A stretch of DNA of 63,986 nucleotides, counting the filler, from an uncultured bacterium (GTDB lineage Bacteria > DAOPZR01), in NCBI GenBank assembly GCA_964637655.1. It is 5 parts of 5 records of this genome, joined end to end, with 100 filler letters (N's around TTAATTAATTAA, not from the genome) between each part and the next. Parts side by side here need not be neighbours in the genome. Positions count along the whole stretch, not along the records: positions 13,517 to 26,890 come from CAZWUZ010000083.1; positions 26,991 to 40,207 come from CAZWUZ010000085.1; 3 more parts are not named here. One strand, given 5' to 3'. Position numbers and translations under genes: made by a program. Of the stretch, positions 19,754-29,685 are shown in pieces (within the stretch, counting starts at the first letter, position 1; each line of letters opens with the position of its first letter). The notes beneath the pieces were generated by a model. It did not search any database. It was given only the letters and a program-made list of their open reading frames with translations, and was not told the origin of the DNA.

Positions 19754-21262
19754 CTATTCGGCGCGGATGCGCTCGAAGAGGTGGACGCTCCCCGCGATGC
19801 GATGACCCGCGCCGACGGGTTCCGCCGCCGGGGGGAGCGTGACGTTGAGCGCGGTTGCGATCTTTCCGGCCGTTTCCGGCAGGAAGGGGACAAGTGCGTC
19901 CCCGATATGGACAATGGCGGTGAGCAGCGCGCGCATGATGCCGGCCAGTTCCGCGCGTCGCGCGGCGTCCTTCGCCAGCTTGAACGGCTGCTGCTCCTGC
20001 ACGAAACGGTCCGCTTCGCCGATCACTTTCCAGATCTCCTGCAGTGCCGCGTCAGGCTTCACCGTCAGCATATGCGGCTCGATGGCGACAGGCAGCGCGC
20101 AGGCCGCCGCAGCCAGGGCCGCTCCCGCCGCTGTTTCCGTTCCCGCCTCAAGCCCGTCGGGAAAATATTTCAGCGTCATGCTTGCCACCCGGCTGACGAG
20201 ATTGCCAATACCGTTGGCAAGGTCGGCATTCACCCGCCCGATCAGCGCTTCTTCGGAAAAACTGGCGTCAAGCCCGAACGACATCTCGCGCAGGACGAAG
20301 TAGCGGAACGCCTCGGTCCCGTAATGCTCCTTGAGTTCCAGCGCCCCGCGCACGTTCCCCGTGCTTTTCGACATCTTCGCCCCGTCCACCTGCCAGTAGC
20401 CGTGCACGAAGAGTTCGCGGTAGAGCGGGATGCCCGCCGCCATGAGCATGGTCGGCCAGTAGATGGCGTGCGGCTTGACGATGTCCTTGGCAATGAGGTG
20501 GCGGCAGGCGGGCCAGTACGCAGTGAACTTCTCCCCGTCGGGCCACCCGAGCGCGGAGACGTAGTTGAGCAGCGCATCGAACCAGACATACGCGACGAAC
20601 TCGCGGTCGAAGGGGAGTTCGATACCCCAGGTCAGGCGCGTTTTCGGGCGCGAGATGCAGAGTTCGCCGATATCCTCGCGCAGCATGGCCAGTACTTCGT
20701 TGCGGTAGCGCTCGGGGCGGATGAATTCCGGGTGCGCCTCGATATGCGCCACCAGCGGCGCCCGGTATTTTTCCATGTTGAAGAAGTAATTTTCTTCCGC
20801 GACTTCTTCCGGGACGGTGCCGTGGTCCTTGCACTTCCCGTCGACGAGGTCGTCATCCTTCATGAAGCGCTCGCAGCCGACGCAGTACAGGCCGCTGTAG
20901 GTATGCCGGCGGATATCCCCGTTGTCGAAAATCTTCTGCATGACTGCCTGCACCACAATTTTGTGGCGGTCTTCCGTGGTGCGGATAAAATCGTCGTTAC
21001 TGATGCCCATCGCCTGCCAGGTGGCGCGGAACTCGTCGCTGATGCGGTCGGCAAACGCCTGCGGTGCGATGCCCTCCGCGGCCGCCGCCTTCTGGATCTT
21101 GTCACCGTGCTCGTCGGTCCCGGTCAGGAAGTACGTGCGGTCGCCGCGCTGCCGGTGCCAGCGGGCCAGCGTATCGGCGACGATGGTGGTATAGGCATGC
21201 CCGAGATGCGGGCGCGCGTTCACATAGTAGATCGGCGTGGTGACATAGAACGTTTCCGCCAC
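19754..21262 (-). CDS. metG: Methionine--tRNA ligase (short form, no C-terminal tRNA-binding domain)
   Basis: YVTTPIYYVN-PHLGH, GTDEHG, YVWFDAL, KMSKS. Confidence 0.97.
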   Translation of the reverse strand: MAETFYVTTPIYYVNARPHLGHAYTTIVADTLARWHRQRGDRTYFLTGTDEHGDKIQKAAAAEGIAPQAFADRISDEFRATWQAMGISNDDFIRTTEDRHKIVVQAVMQKIFDNGDIRRHTYSGLYCVGCERFMKDDDLVDGKCKDHGTVPEEVAEENYFFNMEKYRAPLVAHIEAHPEFIRPERYRNEVLAMLREDIGELCISRPKTRLTWGIELPFDREFVAYVWFDALLNYVSALGWPDGEKFTAYWPACRHLIAKDIVKPHAIYWPTMLMAAGIPLYRELFVHGYWQVDGAKMSKSTGNVRGALELKEHYGTEAFRYFVLREMSFGLDASFSEEALIGRVNADLANGIGNLVSRVASMTLKYFPDGLEAGTETAAGAALAAAACALPVAIEPHMLTVKPDAALQEIWKVIGEADRFVQEQQPFKLAKDAARRAELAGIMRALLTAIVHIGDALVPFLPETAGKIATALNVTLPPAAEPVGAGHRIAGSVHLFERIRAE

Positions 21263-21266
21263 GGCT

Positions 21267-22292
21267 TCACCCCTTCTCGAGATGGCTCACGTCGGGCAGT
21301 TCGGCACTGTCAGGTGCCGACGCCGGGGCCGGAGCCGGCCGGCCGCCGCGCCGCTCGTTGCTGCGCCCGCCACCCCGCCGGTCGTCACGCCCGCCGCGTC
21401 CGCCCCGGCGTTCGTCGCGCCCGCCGCGACGCTCACCGCCATCCCCGTCGCGGGAATCGTGCTGCTCCCCGGGACGGAGCGGCTTGGCCAGCTGGTGAAA
21501 TTCCTCGAGCGCCAGCTTGATGATCTTCTTTTCCGACCCTTCGAGCCAGAGCGAATCGGTGAGCATGTTGACCGAGATAACATGATGCGGCGACCCGTGC
21601 ACGAGGAAGCGCTGGCCGAGGCGCGGGAATTCCTTGCGCCGCGTGCGGTAGTACTCCTCCTCGTAGTTGAGGCAGCACATCAGGCGCCCGCACAGCCCGG
21701 AGATTTTCACCGGGGAGAGGTTGAGCCCCTGGTCCTTGGCCATCTTGATGGAGACGGGGGCGAAATCGCGCAGGAAGGTGGCGCAGCAGATGGTCTGCCC
21801 GCACGGCCCGATCCCCCCCATGCGCTTGGCCTCGTCGCGCACGCCGATCTGCCGCAGTTCGATGCGCGTGCGGAAGATGTGCGCCAGGTCGCGCACCAGC
21901 TTGCGGAAATCGACGCGGGTCTCCGAGGTGAAATAGAAGGTGAGCTTGGTCCCGTCGAACGCGTACTCCGCGTCAACCAGGGTCATCGCCAGTTTCTGCT
22001 GCACGATGCATTCGCGGCAGGTGTCCATCGCCTCCTGCGCGCGCTGCTGCATCCGCCCCGCCTTCTCGATATCCTGTTCCGTCGCCTTGCGCACCACCGT
22101 GCGCGTCTCCTGCGGCACCGCGCTGCGGTCGCGCAGTTCGGGGGTGCCGATCACCCGCGCCAGTTCCTCGCCCCGCTCGACATGCACGATCACCACGTCG
22201 CCGTTTTTCAGTCCCGGCTCCTCGACAATCATCAGCTGGTCGCGCATCGGGTGCGCGAAACGCACCCGCACGACATCGACTTGTTCGCTCAT
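21267..22292 (-). CDS. ricT: PSP1-domain protein RicT/YaaT
   Basis: RVDFRKLVRDLA, RIELRQIGVRDEA, GPCG..CC, KISGLCGRLMCCL; RG-rich tail. Confidence 0.92.
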   Translation of the reverse strand: MSEQVDVVRVRFAHPMRDQLMIVEEPGLKNGDVVIVHVERGEELARVIGTPELRDRSAVPQETRTVVRKATEQDIEKAGRMQQRAQEAMDTCRECIVQQKLAMTLVDAEYAFDGTKLTFYFTSETRVDFRKLVRDLAHIFRTRIELRQIGVRDEAKRMGGIGPCGQTICCATFLRDFAPVSIKMAKDQGLNLSPVKISGLCGRLMCCLNYEEEYYRTRRKEFPRLGQRFLVHGSPHHVISVNMLTDSLWLEGSEKKIIKLALEEFHQLAKPLRPGEQHDSRDGDGGERRGGRDERRGGRGGRDDRRGGGRSNERRGGRPAPAPASAPDSAELPDVSHLEKG

Positions 22293-22305
22293 CACTACCG
22301 CCCTC

Positions 22306-23334
22306 TCACGCCAGGAGCACGGCTTCCGCCGTCGCCCCCGCGTTCGTGTAGTTTTCCATCCGCGCCAGCCACTGCGCGGTGTGCAGCACCTGCTCTTCCA
22401 GTTCACGCCGCGGCCGCTGTGCCGCCGCGCGCAGCCCGCCTTCCCACTCCGCCAGCGCGCGCGGAACCGCGCCGCCAACAGACACCTGCAGCACCAGCCG
22501 CCGCCAGAGGAGGACCATTTCGAGCAGGTCGCGCGCCGCCGCGCGCGCGCGCGCCGCGCCCCCCTCCTCCTTCTTCGCTGATGTCAGTTTCCACAGCCCC
22601 GCCATCTCCCACCAGGGCGGTTCACCCGCGGCGAGGTGGCGCAGCAGCGCGCTGCGCGCCCCCGCGCGCTGGTCGGCATCGTCGCCGGCCAGCAGCGCAC
22701 GCAGGCGTCCCGGCCGCCCCTCCGCGAGGAGCAGGTCGGCTGCTGACGGACGCACGCCCGGTGCGGCCAGCACCTGCGCCGTTTCCTCCACCGTCAGCCG
22801 CCCGAAGCGCACCGTGCGGCAGCGCGACCTGATCGTCGGCAGCATGGCCTGCAGCGAATCGGTCACCATGATGATGGCCGGCCGCTCGGGCGGTTCTTCC
22901 AGCGTCTTGAGCAGCGCGTTGGCCGAATGCCTGTTGAGGTATTCCGCCTCGTCGATGATAACCAGGTGCCCCGCGTCATGTTCCGCGCACACGGTGAGCG
23001 TCCGCTGCAGCCAGCCGACGCTCTCGATGCTGATCTCGTGCCTGACCTTCCCCTCATCGAGTGCCTCCGCCTCGCTAAGGTTGACCGCCTCCATGCGGCT
23101 GAGCACATGGAAGTCGCGGTAGTTGGCCTGTGCCCACGCGGTGCAGGCGGCGCAGGTGCCGCACGGGCGCGGCTCCGCCCCGGTGCAGGCGAGCGACTGC
23201 AGGAACCATTCCGCCACCCGCCGCTTGCCCACCCCCTGCGGGCCGGCAAAGAGGTAGGCGCTGGCGCGGCAGCCGCGCTGCCGCTCGCGCGCGAGCAGCG
23301 CGCGCGCCGCGGCGTGCCCGGTGACTGCCGTCAT
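22306..23334 (-). CDS. holB: DNA polymerase III subunit delta'
   Basis: AYLFAGPQGVGK, CGTCAAC, ANALLKTLEEPP, LPTIRSRC. Confidence 0.92.
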   Translation of the reverse strand: MTAVTGHAAARALLARERQRGCRASAYLFAGPQGVGKRRVAEWFLQSLACTGAEPRPCGTCAACTAWAQANYRDFHVLSRMEAVNLSEAEALDEGKVRHEISIESVGWLQRTLTVCAEHDAGHLVIIDEAEYLNRHSANALLKTLEEPPERPAIIMVTDSLQAMLPTIRSRCRTVRFGRLTVEETAQVLAAPGVRPSAADLLLAEGRPGRLRALLAGDDADQRAGARSALLRHLAAGEPPWWEMAGLWKLTSAKKEEGGAARARAAARDLLEMVLLWRRLVLQVSVGGAVPRALAEWEGGLRAAAQRPRRELEEQVLHTAQWLARMENYTNAGATAEAVLLA

Positions 23335-23840
23335 GACAGCAGGTTGAGGATGAGCCCGCGGATGCCGTCGAGCCGCGCGGCCAGGTCCTGCGCCATTTTC
23401 TGCTCGTCGCGGTTGAGAATTTCCTCGGTCAGCGCCTCGAGTTCATGGTCGATATTCTGCACGATCAGCTGCAGCACGCGCTCCTCTTCGGGCGGCGCGT
23501 CCTTGTCCGTGCGCCGCCGCCGGCGCAGCTTGTACTCCTTGAGTTTCGGCAGGTTCGCCGTCACGCGCTGCAGCAGGGCGCGCATCAGCGACTTGTACTC
23601 GCGCAGGTTGGCCACGCTCGGGTCGCGCACCAGGCGCGCCGCCGCGGTATCGAGTTCGCGCATCACCTGCGGCAGGTCGCCGACGATGTCGCGCAGCTGC
23701 ACCCCGGAGAGCGCGGTGGCGAAATCGCCGCCGTGCACCGTCGCGGCGCCCCCGGCCGCCGTCGCTGCCGGCGTGCCGCCCGGCTGCCCGCCGGCGCGCC
23801 CGACCCCGCCGCCCGTTCCTGCCGGCCGCCCGACCTTCAT
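23331..23840 (-). CDS. YaaR/DUF327 family protein
   Basis: Helical protein with NLREYK..R and LDGIRGLILNL; lies between tmk and holB as yaaR does in Bacillus. Confidence 0.75.
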   Translation of the reverse strand: MKVGRPAGTGGGVGRAGGQPGGTPAATAAGGAATVHGGDFATALSGVQLRDIVGDLPQVMRELDTAAARLVRDPSVANLREYKSLMRALLQRVTANLPKLKEYKLRRRRRTDKDAPPEEERVLQLIVQNIDHELEALTEEILNRDEQKMAQDLAARLDGIRGLILNLLS

Positions 23841-24487
23841 CCGCGGCGCTCCAGCACCGTGCGCACCACGGTCGCGGTCAGATCGGCCACGGGCACCGCG
23901 GCATCGAGCAGCACACAGCGTTCCGGTTCCGCGGCGGCCAGCGCGCGGTAGCCCGCGGCGACGCGCTCGTGAAAGGCGAGCGTCTCCTGCTCGATGCGGT
24001 CGCCGATGCCGGTGATATGCCCGTCCTTGGGCGTGTTGATGGCGCGCTGCAGCCCCTCCGCCACCGGGACCATGAGGATAAGCGTCAGGTCGGGGCGGCG
24101 GCCGCAGATGGCGAACCCGTTGATCGCCTGCAACGCCGCCAGGTCAAGCCCGCGCCCGTAGCCCTGGTAGGCGATCGAGGCATCCATGAAGCGGTCGCTG
24201 ATCACCGTCAGGCCGCGGTCGAGCGCGGGGAGGATCTTCTCCGCCAGGTGCTGCGCGCGGCTCGCCGCGTAGAGCAGGAATTCCGCGCGCGCATCGAGCC
24301 CGCACGACGCGGGATCGAGCAGCAGCTGGCGGATGCGGTCGCCGATGACCGTCCCCCCCGGCTCGCGCGTGTAGAGTACGGGCACGCCCGCCTCGCGCAG
24401 CGCCCCCTCGCGCCGCTGCGCCTGCGTCGTCTTGCCTGACCCCTCGGGCCCCTCGAGCGTGACGAAAAAGCCGCGCGCTGCCGCCAT
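23837..24487 (-). CDS. tmk: Thymidylate kinase
   Basis: LEGPEGSGKTTQ, TREPGG, SDRF..SIAYQG. Confidence 0.96.
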   Translation of the reverse strand: MAAARGFFVTLEGPEGSGKTTQAQRREGALREAGVPVLYTREPGGTVIGDRIRQLLLDPASCGLDARAEFLLYAASRAQHLAEKILPALDRGLTVISDRFMDASIAYQGYGRGLDLAALQAINGFAICGRRPDLTLILMVPVAEGLQRAINTPKDGHITGIGDRIEQETLAFHERVAAGYRALAAAEPERCVLLDAAVPVADLTATVVRTVLERRG

Positions 24488-24873
24488 CACTGCCCGGCGT
24501 TGCCCGCGGCACTGCGGTCGATGATGCACTTGCCTTCGAGCACGACCCCTTCGCCGATGCTCATGATCGGGCTCTTGATGTCGCCGATGACCTTGGCGGT
24601 CGGCTTGAGGTCGACGCGCTCGCGCGCGGTGATATTCCCCTCGACCTGCCCGGCCACCGTCACCGACCCGGCCATGATGGTCGCCTTGAAGTGCGCGTGC
24701 TCGCCGATGGTGACGTTCCCCGTCGCGGCGACTTCACCCTCGAAGCTGCCGTCGATCTGCACGTTCCCCTTGATGGTCAGCGACCCGCGGAACTCCGAGC
24801 CCTCGCCGATGAACGACTGCGGCTCGCTGCCGCGCGGCGCGCCCTCCGCCTTGTTGAATGCCCCGAATGCCAT
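24487..24873 (-). CDS. Bactofilin (polymer-forming cytoskeletal protein)
   Basis: Beta-helix repeats IGEGSEFRG, IDGSFEG, VAGQVEGNI, IGEGVVLEG. Confidence 0.92.
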   Translation of the reverse strand: MAFGAFNKAEGAPRGSEPQSFIGEGSEFRGSLTIKGNVQIDGSFEGEVAATGNVTIGEHAHFKATIMAGSVTVAGQVEGNITARERVDLKPTAKVIGDIKSPIMSIGEGVVLEGKCIIDRSAAGNAGQ

Positions 24874-24919
24874 GACTCCCTCCCGTTATGCTCCCTGCCG
24901 CCCGTGGCGGCGCTGTCAC

Positions 24920-26092
24920 TCAGCGCAGCGCGCCGAGAAAACTCGTTCCTTCCGCGACCTTGCCCAGCCCCAGCGCCTCGTCGATGGTCCGCGCGATATC
25001 CGCAAACGTTGCCCGCGTGCCGAGGTCCACCCCGTTGCGCAGCCCCGGGGCGCAGACCAGCAGCGGCACGTACTCGCGCGTGTGGTCCGTCCCCCTGAAC
25101 CCCGGGTCATTGCCGTGGTCCGCGGTGATGAAGAGGATTTCGTCCTCCGCCACCTGCCCGAGGATCTCCGGCAGCGCGCGGTCCATCTCGACCAGCGACT
25201 CGTAGTAGCCGCGGATATTGCGCCGGTGCCCGTAGACCATATCGAAATCGACGAGGTTGACAAAGAGCAGCCCCGGTTCGTGCTTCTTCAGTTCCGCCAC
25301 CGTCGCCTTCAGACCCTCGGCATTGCTCTTCGTCGGCTGCGAGCGGGTGATCCCCTGCCCGCAGAAGATGTCGGAAATCTTGCCGATGCCGATGCTCGGC
25401 AGCCCGGCCGCCCTGACGTGGTCGAGCAGCGTGGGGCGCGGCGGGGCGAACGCATAATCGTGGCGGTTCCCCGTGCGCTGGTACGTCCCGTCCTGCTTCG
25501 TGAAGGGGCGCGCGATCACGCGGCTCACCGCGTGTTTGCCGACGAGGATGCCGCGGGCGATTTCGCACCAGCGGTAGAGTTCCTTGAGCGGGACCACTTC
25601 TTCGCAGGCGGCGATCTGGAAGACCGAGTCGGCCGAGGTGTAGACGATGGGGCGCCCGGTGGCGCAGTGCTCGTCACCCAGTTCCTCGATGATCGCCGTC
25701 CCCGACGCGGGCTTGTTGCCGAGCACTGCCTTCCCCACCTGCGCCTCGAACGGGTCGAGGATCTCGCGCGGGAAGCCCTGCGGGTAGGTGGGGAGCGCGT
25801 AGTCGAGCGTCAGCCCGGCCATTTCCCAGTGCCCCGCGGTGGTGTCCTTGTTGGGGGACTGCTCCGCCATGCGGCCGTAGCTGCCGCAGATTTCGCGCGC
25901 TTCGAGCCCCGGCAGCGGCTTGGCGCGTCCCAGCCCGAGGGCGGCGAAATTCGGCAAATCGAGCTGCCCGACGTGCCGCGCAATGCTGCCGAGCGTGTCG
26001 GCCCCCGTGTCACCGTACTGCGCCGCGTCGGGGAGCGCCCCGATGCCGACGCTGTCCATGACAACGATGATGGCGCGTTTGAGTTCAGCCAT
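24920..26092 (-). CDS. deoB: Phosphopentomutase
   Basis: DSVGIG, KDTTAGHWE, YTSADSV, NLVDFD..GHRR, TADHGND, DHTRE. Confidence 0.97.
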   Translation of the reverse strand: MAELKRAIIVVMDSVGIGALPDAAQYGDTGADTLGSIARHVGQLDLPNFAALGLGRAKPLPGLEAREICGSYGRMAEQSPNKDTTAGHWEMAGLTLDYALPTYPQGFPREILDPFEAQVGKAVLGNKPASGTAIIEELGDEHCATGRPIVYTSADSVFQIAACEEVVPLKELYRWCEIARGILVGKHAVSRVIARPFTKQDGTYQRTGNRHDYAFAPPRPTLLDHVRAAGLPSIGIGKISDIFCGQGITRSQPTKSNAEGLKATVAELKKHEPGLLFVNLVDFDMVYGHRRNIRGYYESLVEMDRALPEILGQVAEDEILFITADHGNDPGFRGTDHTREYVPLLVCAPGLRNGVDLGTRATFADIARTIDEALGLGKVAEGTSFLGALR

Positions 26093-26106
26093 GGTTCTGC
26101 TCCCGG

Positions 26107-26631
26107 TCAGCGGGCGCTCAGGCCCGCCGCAAAATAATTCTTCACCTGCGTCTGCAGGTTCTCCAGCAGCGGCGCGATATTGCCGCGGCTGCCGCGCAGC
26201 GCAAAACTCTGCACGATATCGATGACCTCCATGTCGACCACCGCGACATCGAAGACCACGTCATCGCCTTCCACCCAGTAGTTTCCCTTGATGACATAGC
26301 GCACGCCGCGGAACACCTCGTCGACATTGGCGAGGTTGAGTTCCCGGTCGTGGAAGCGCGCGCGCGGCTGCAGCGTGTAGCGCGCGTCGCCATCGAGCGC
26401 CAGCGCCAGCACGTCGGGTGCCCCCTGCGCCAGCCAGTCGAGTCCCGGGTCCTGCGCGTCGTTGCTGAAATCGAGGAAGGCGACGGTGATTCCGGCGGCG
26501 GCCGGCGGTGCCAGTTCCGGGCGTGGCAATGCGGGGGGCGGCAGCGTTGACGGGATCACGCCGGCCGCCGGCAGGACCGGCGGCGGTGGCACAACAATGC
26601 CGGTCCCCGTCGCGGTGGTCGCGGGGCGCAC
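26107..26631 (-). CDS. Hypothetical protein with Pro-rich linker and TolB-N/FlgO-like domain, possibly N-terminally truncated
   Basis: VAFLDFSN...LDWLAQG...YVIKGNY pattern; no clear SD; frame stays open upstream to a stop at 26755. Confidence 0.55.
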   Translation of the reverse strand: MRPATTATGTGIVVPPPPVLPAAGVIPSTLPPPALPRPELAPPAAAGITVAFLDFSNDAQDPGLDWLAQGAPDVLALALDGDARYTLQPRARFHDRELNLANVDEVFRGVRYVIKGNYWVEGDDVVFDVAVVDMEVIDIVQSFALRGSRGNIAPLLENLQTQVKNYFAAGLSAR

Positions 26632-26654
26632 GGCCGGGCTGAAGGCTGAGTAAT

Positions 26655-26890
26655 AGTACGTAGATTTTTCGGACCCTGGCCGACTTCCGGCAGAGTTTCT
26701 CGCGTCTCTGACGCCATTCGGGAGTTTCCCGATCCGAAAAATCCGTACTTGCCGTTACAATGGGGCTGTTTTCGGGCGAAAACAGCGCTTCGGCGACGCT
26801 ATCCGCCTCAAGTTCGTTCGGTCCTCTCGGGTTGCTCCGACGCATTCGGGCTCGAGCTTCGACCGGCGGGCTGCCCGCAGGGGGCTCAGG
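26655..26890. other. Hairpin-dense, apparently non-coding segment at the contig end
   Basis: Long stem 26655-26673/26733-26749 closing three hairpins; perfect hairpin 26765-26786; CGC-TTCG-GCG; CTTCGAC...GCTCAGG. Confidence 0.5.
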
Positions 26891-26990
26891 NNNNNNNNNN
26901 NNNNNNNNNNNNNNNNNNNNNNNNNNNNNNNNNNTTAATTAATTAANNNNNNNNNNNNNNNNNNNNNNNNNNNNNNNNNNNNNNNNNNNN
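26891..26990. other. Artificial contig linker
   Basis: N run around TTAATTAATTAA. Confidence 0.99.
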
Positions 26991-26991
26991 G

Positions 26992-27066
26992 GCCATTGCC
27001 AAGGGCCAGACGGTGCGGGTGGTCCGCGTCGTCGGCAGCGCTGTGATCGTCGAACCCATCTCCTGA
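26992..27066 (+). CDS. NfeD-family protein, C-terminal fragment
   Basis: Manual translation AIAKGQTVRVVRVVGSAVIVEPIS* resembles the end of the NfeD OB fold. Confidence 0.65.
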   Translation, partial: AIAKGQTVRVVRVVGSAVIVEPIS

Positions 27067-27091
27067 CCTTCTGACCTCTGACCTCTGACCT
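27063..27091 (+). repeat. Short tandem heptamer repeat (CTGACCT) x4
   Basis: ctgacct-t-ctgacct-ctgacct-ctgacct, read directly. Confidence 0.85.
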
Positions 27092-27124
27092 CGGCACCCT
27101 GAACCCCGACCACCGGCACACCTC

Positions 27125-28255
27125 ATGAACCCGACACCCATGCTTCTCGACCTCACCGGGGCCCTCCGCACGCTCGCCATCCCGGCGATGATTCTGCTGA
27201 GTGCGGTGGCGGTCATCGTGCTCGCCACCGGGACCGGCTGGACCGTGCTCACCGCACCCGTTACCTGGCTGCGCTTCCGTTTCCCGGAAAAACTGCTCTG
27301 CTATGCCGCACCCGCACTGTTTTACGTCGCCGCCACGGGACTGCAGCGCCTGCGGCTCAAGGTGCCGCTGCAGTACCTGCTGGTGATCCTGCTGGCCGGC
27401 GAACTGGCCTGGACGCAGGCCGGCTACTTTGTGCGCTTACCTTACGCGGCGACGCTGGAGGCCGGGCGGGTGTATGACCTGCCGGCCGGGAGCCGCGTGC
27501 TCACGCTGGTGTCGGAGAGCCTGCTCCCCGATTTTTCCGCCCGCGACCTGGCCGGTCATAGTCGCGAGCAACTGAAATACCGGTACCGTTTCGCGGCCAC
27601 CTTCTACGGCCTGGAATCGTATCTCGGGTACAGCCCGGCCCAGCTCGGGGCACATGCCGAGATCAACCGGGTCTTCTCCCGCGGTGATATCGATGCCCGC
27701 CGGAAATCGCTGGTGCTGCGCAATGCCGGCGTCCGCTACGTGATCAGCAAAATCCGGTTTTCGTCAGCCGCCCGGATGCCGCGCCAGCCGCTCTGGCTTC
27801 CGGTGCTATCTGTCCCGCACGAGAACCTGCAGGTGCACGAAATCGACGGGGCGCTGCCGCGCGCCGCCCTGTTCACGCCGGCGGTCGCCGCCCGCATGCG
27901 GACAGCGGACGACCTGACCGGCGACTATCCGTTTCTGCCGGTCACCGGCCTGGTACGAACCGGCGCCGGGCTTTCCTGCCGCGTGGCAACGGATACGCCG
28001 GTGGTGCTGGTCATCACGTCGTTTGCCTCTCCCGGCATGGAACTCGAGGTTGACGGACGTCGCCGGGCCAGCGGCCTCGCCTTCGGCATGTTCCCCGCCC
28101 TGCCGCTGCCGCCGGGCCAGCACCGGATCTCCTTCCGCTACCGGCCTGCGCTGCTGGAACTCAACCTGGTGATCTTGTTTGCCGGCCTGGCGGGTTGTTT
28201 GTGGTGCGCCCGCCGCTGGCGTGACGGCTCCCGGGATCACGCCGCGGATTGTTGA
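27125..28255 (+). CDS. Membrane protein resembling the C-terminal half of YfhO-family proteins
   Basis: TM helices, GVRYVI, ALPRA, ALPLPPGQHRISFRYRP, terminal TM. Confidence 0.6.
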   Translation: MNPTPMLLDLTGALRTLAIPAMILLSAVAVIVLATGTGWTVLTAPVTWLRFRFPEKLLCYAAPALFYVAATGLQRLRLKVPLQYLLVILLAGELAWTQAGYFVRLPYAATLEAGRVYDLPAGSRVLTLVSESLLPDFSARDLAGHSREQLKYRYRFAATFYGLESYLGYSPAQLGAHAEINRVFSRGDIDARRKSLVLRNAGVRYVISKIRFSSAARMPRQPLWLPVLSVPHENLQVHEIDGALPRAALFTPAVAARMRTADDLTGDYPFLPVTGLVRTGAGLSCRVATDTPVVLVITSFASPGMELEVDGRRRASGLAFGMFPALPLPPGQHRISFRYRPALLELNLVILFAGLAGCLWCARRWRDGSRDHAADC

Positions 28256-28280
28256 CGGCGACCGGGGATGGTGTTACGAT
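28252..28280 (+). promoter_or_regulatory. sigma70-type promoter for gdhA
   Basis: TTGACG-17-TACGAT with extended -10 TG. Confidence 0.6.
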
Positions 28281-28301
28281 GCGCGGCACACCGGCGCATG
28301 A

Positions 28302-29678
<1,377 letters not shown>

Positions 29679-29685
29679 CGGCGGC

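Noticed and set aside
26655-26890. tmRNA, RNase P, SRP or group II intron identity for the structured segment
   Set aside because: No diagnostic consensus (tRNA-like ends, GAGGAAAGUCC, SRP loop, domain V) was recognised, so it is left unassigned.
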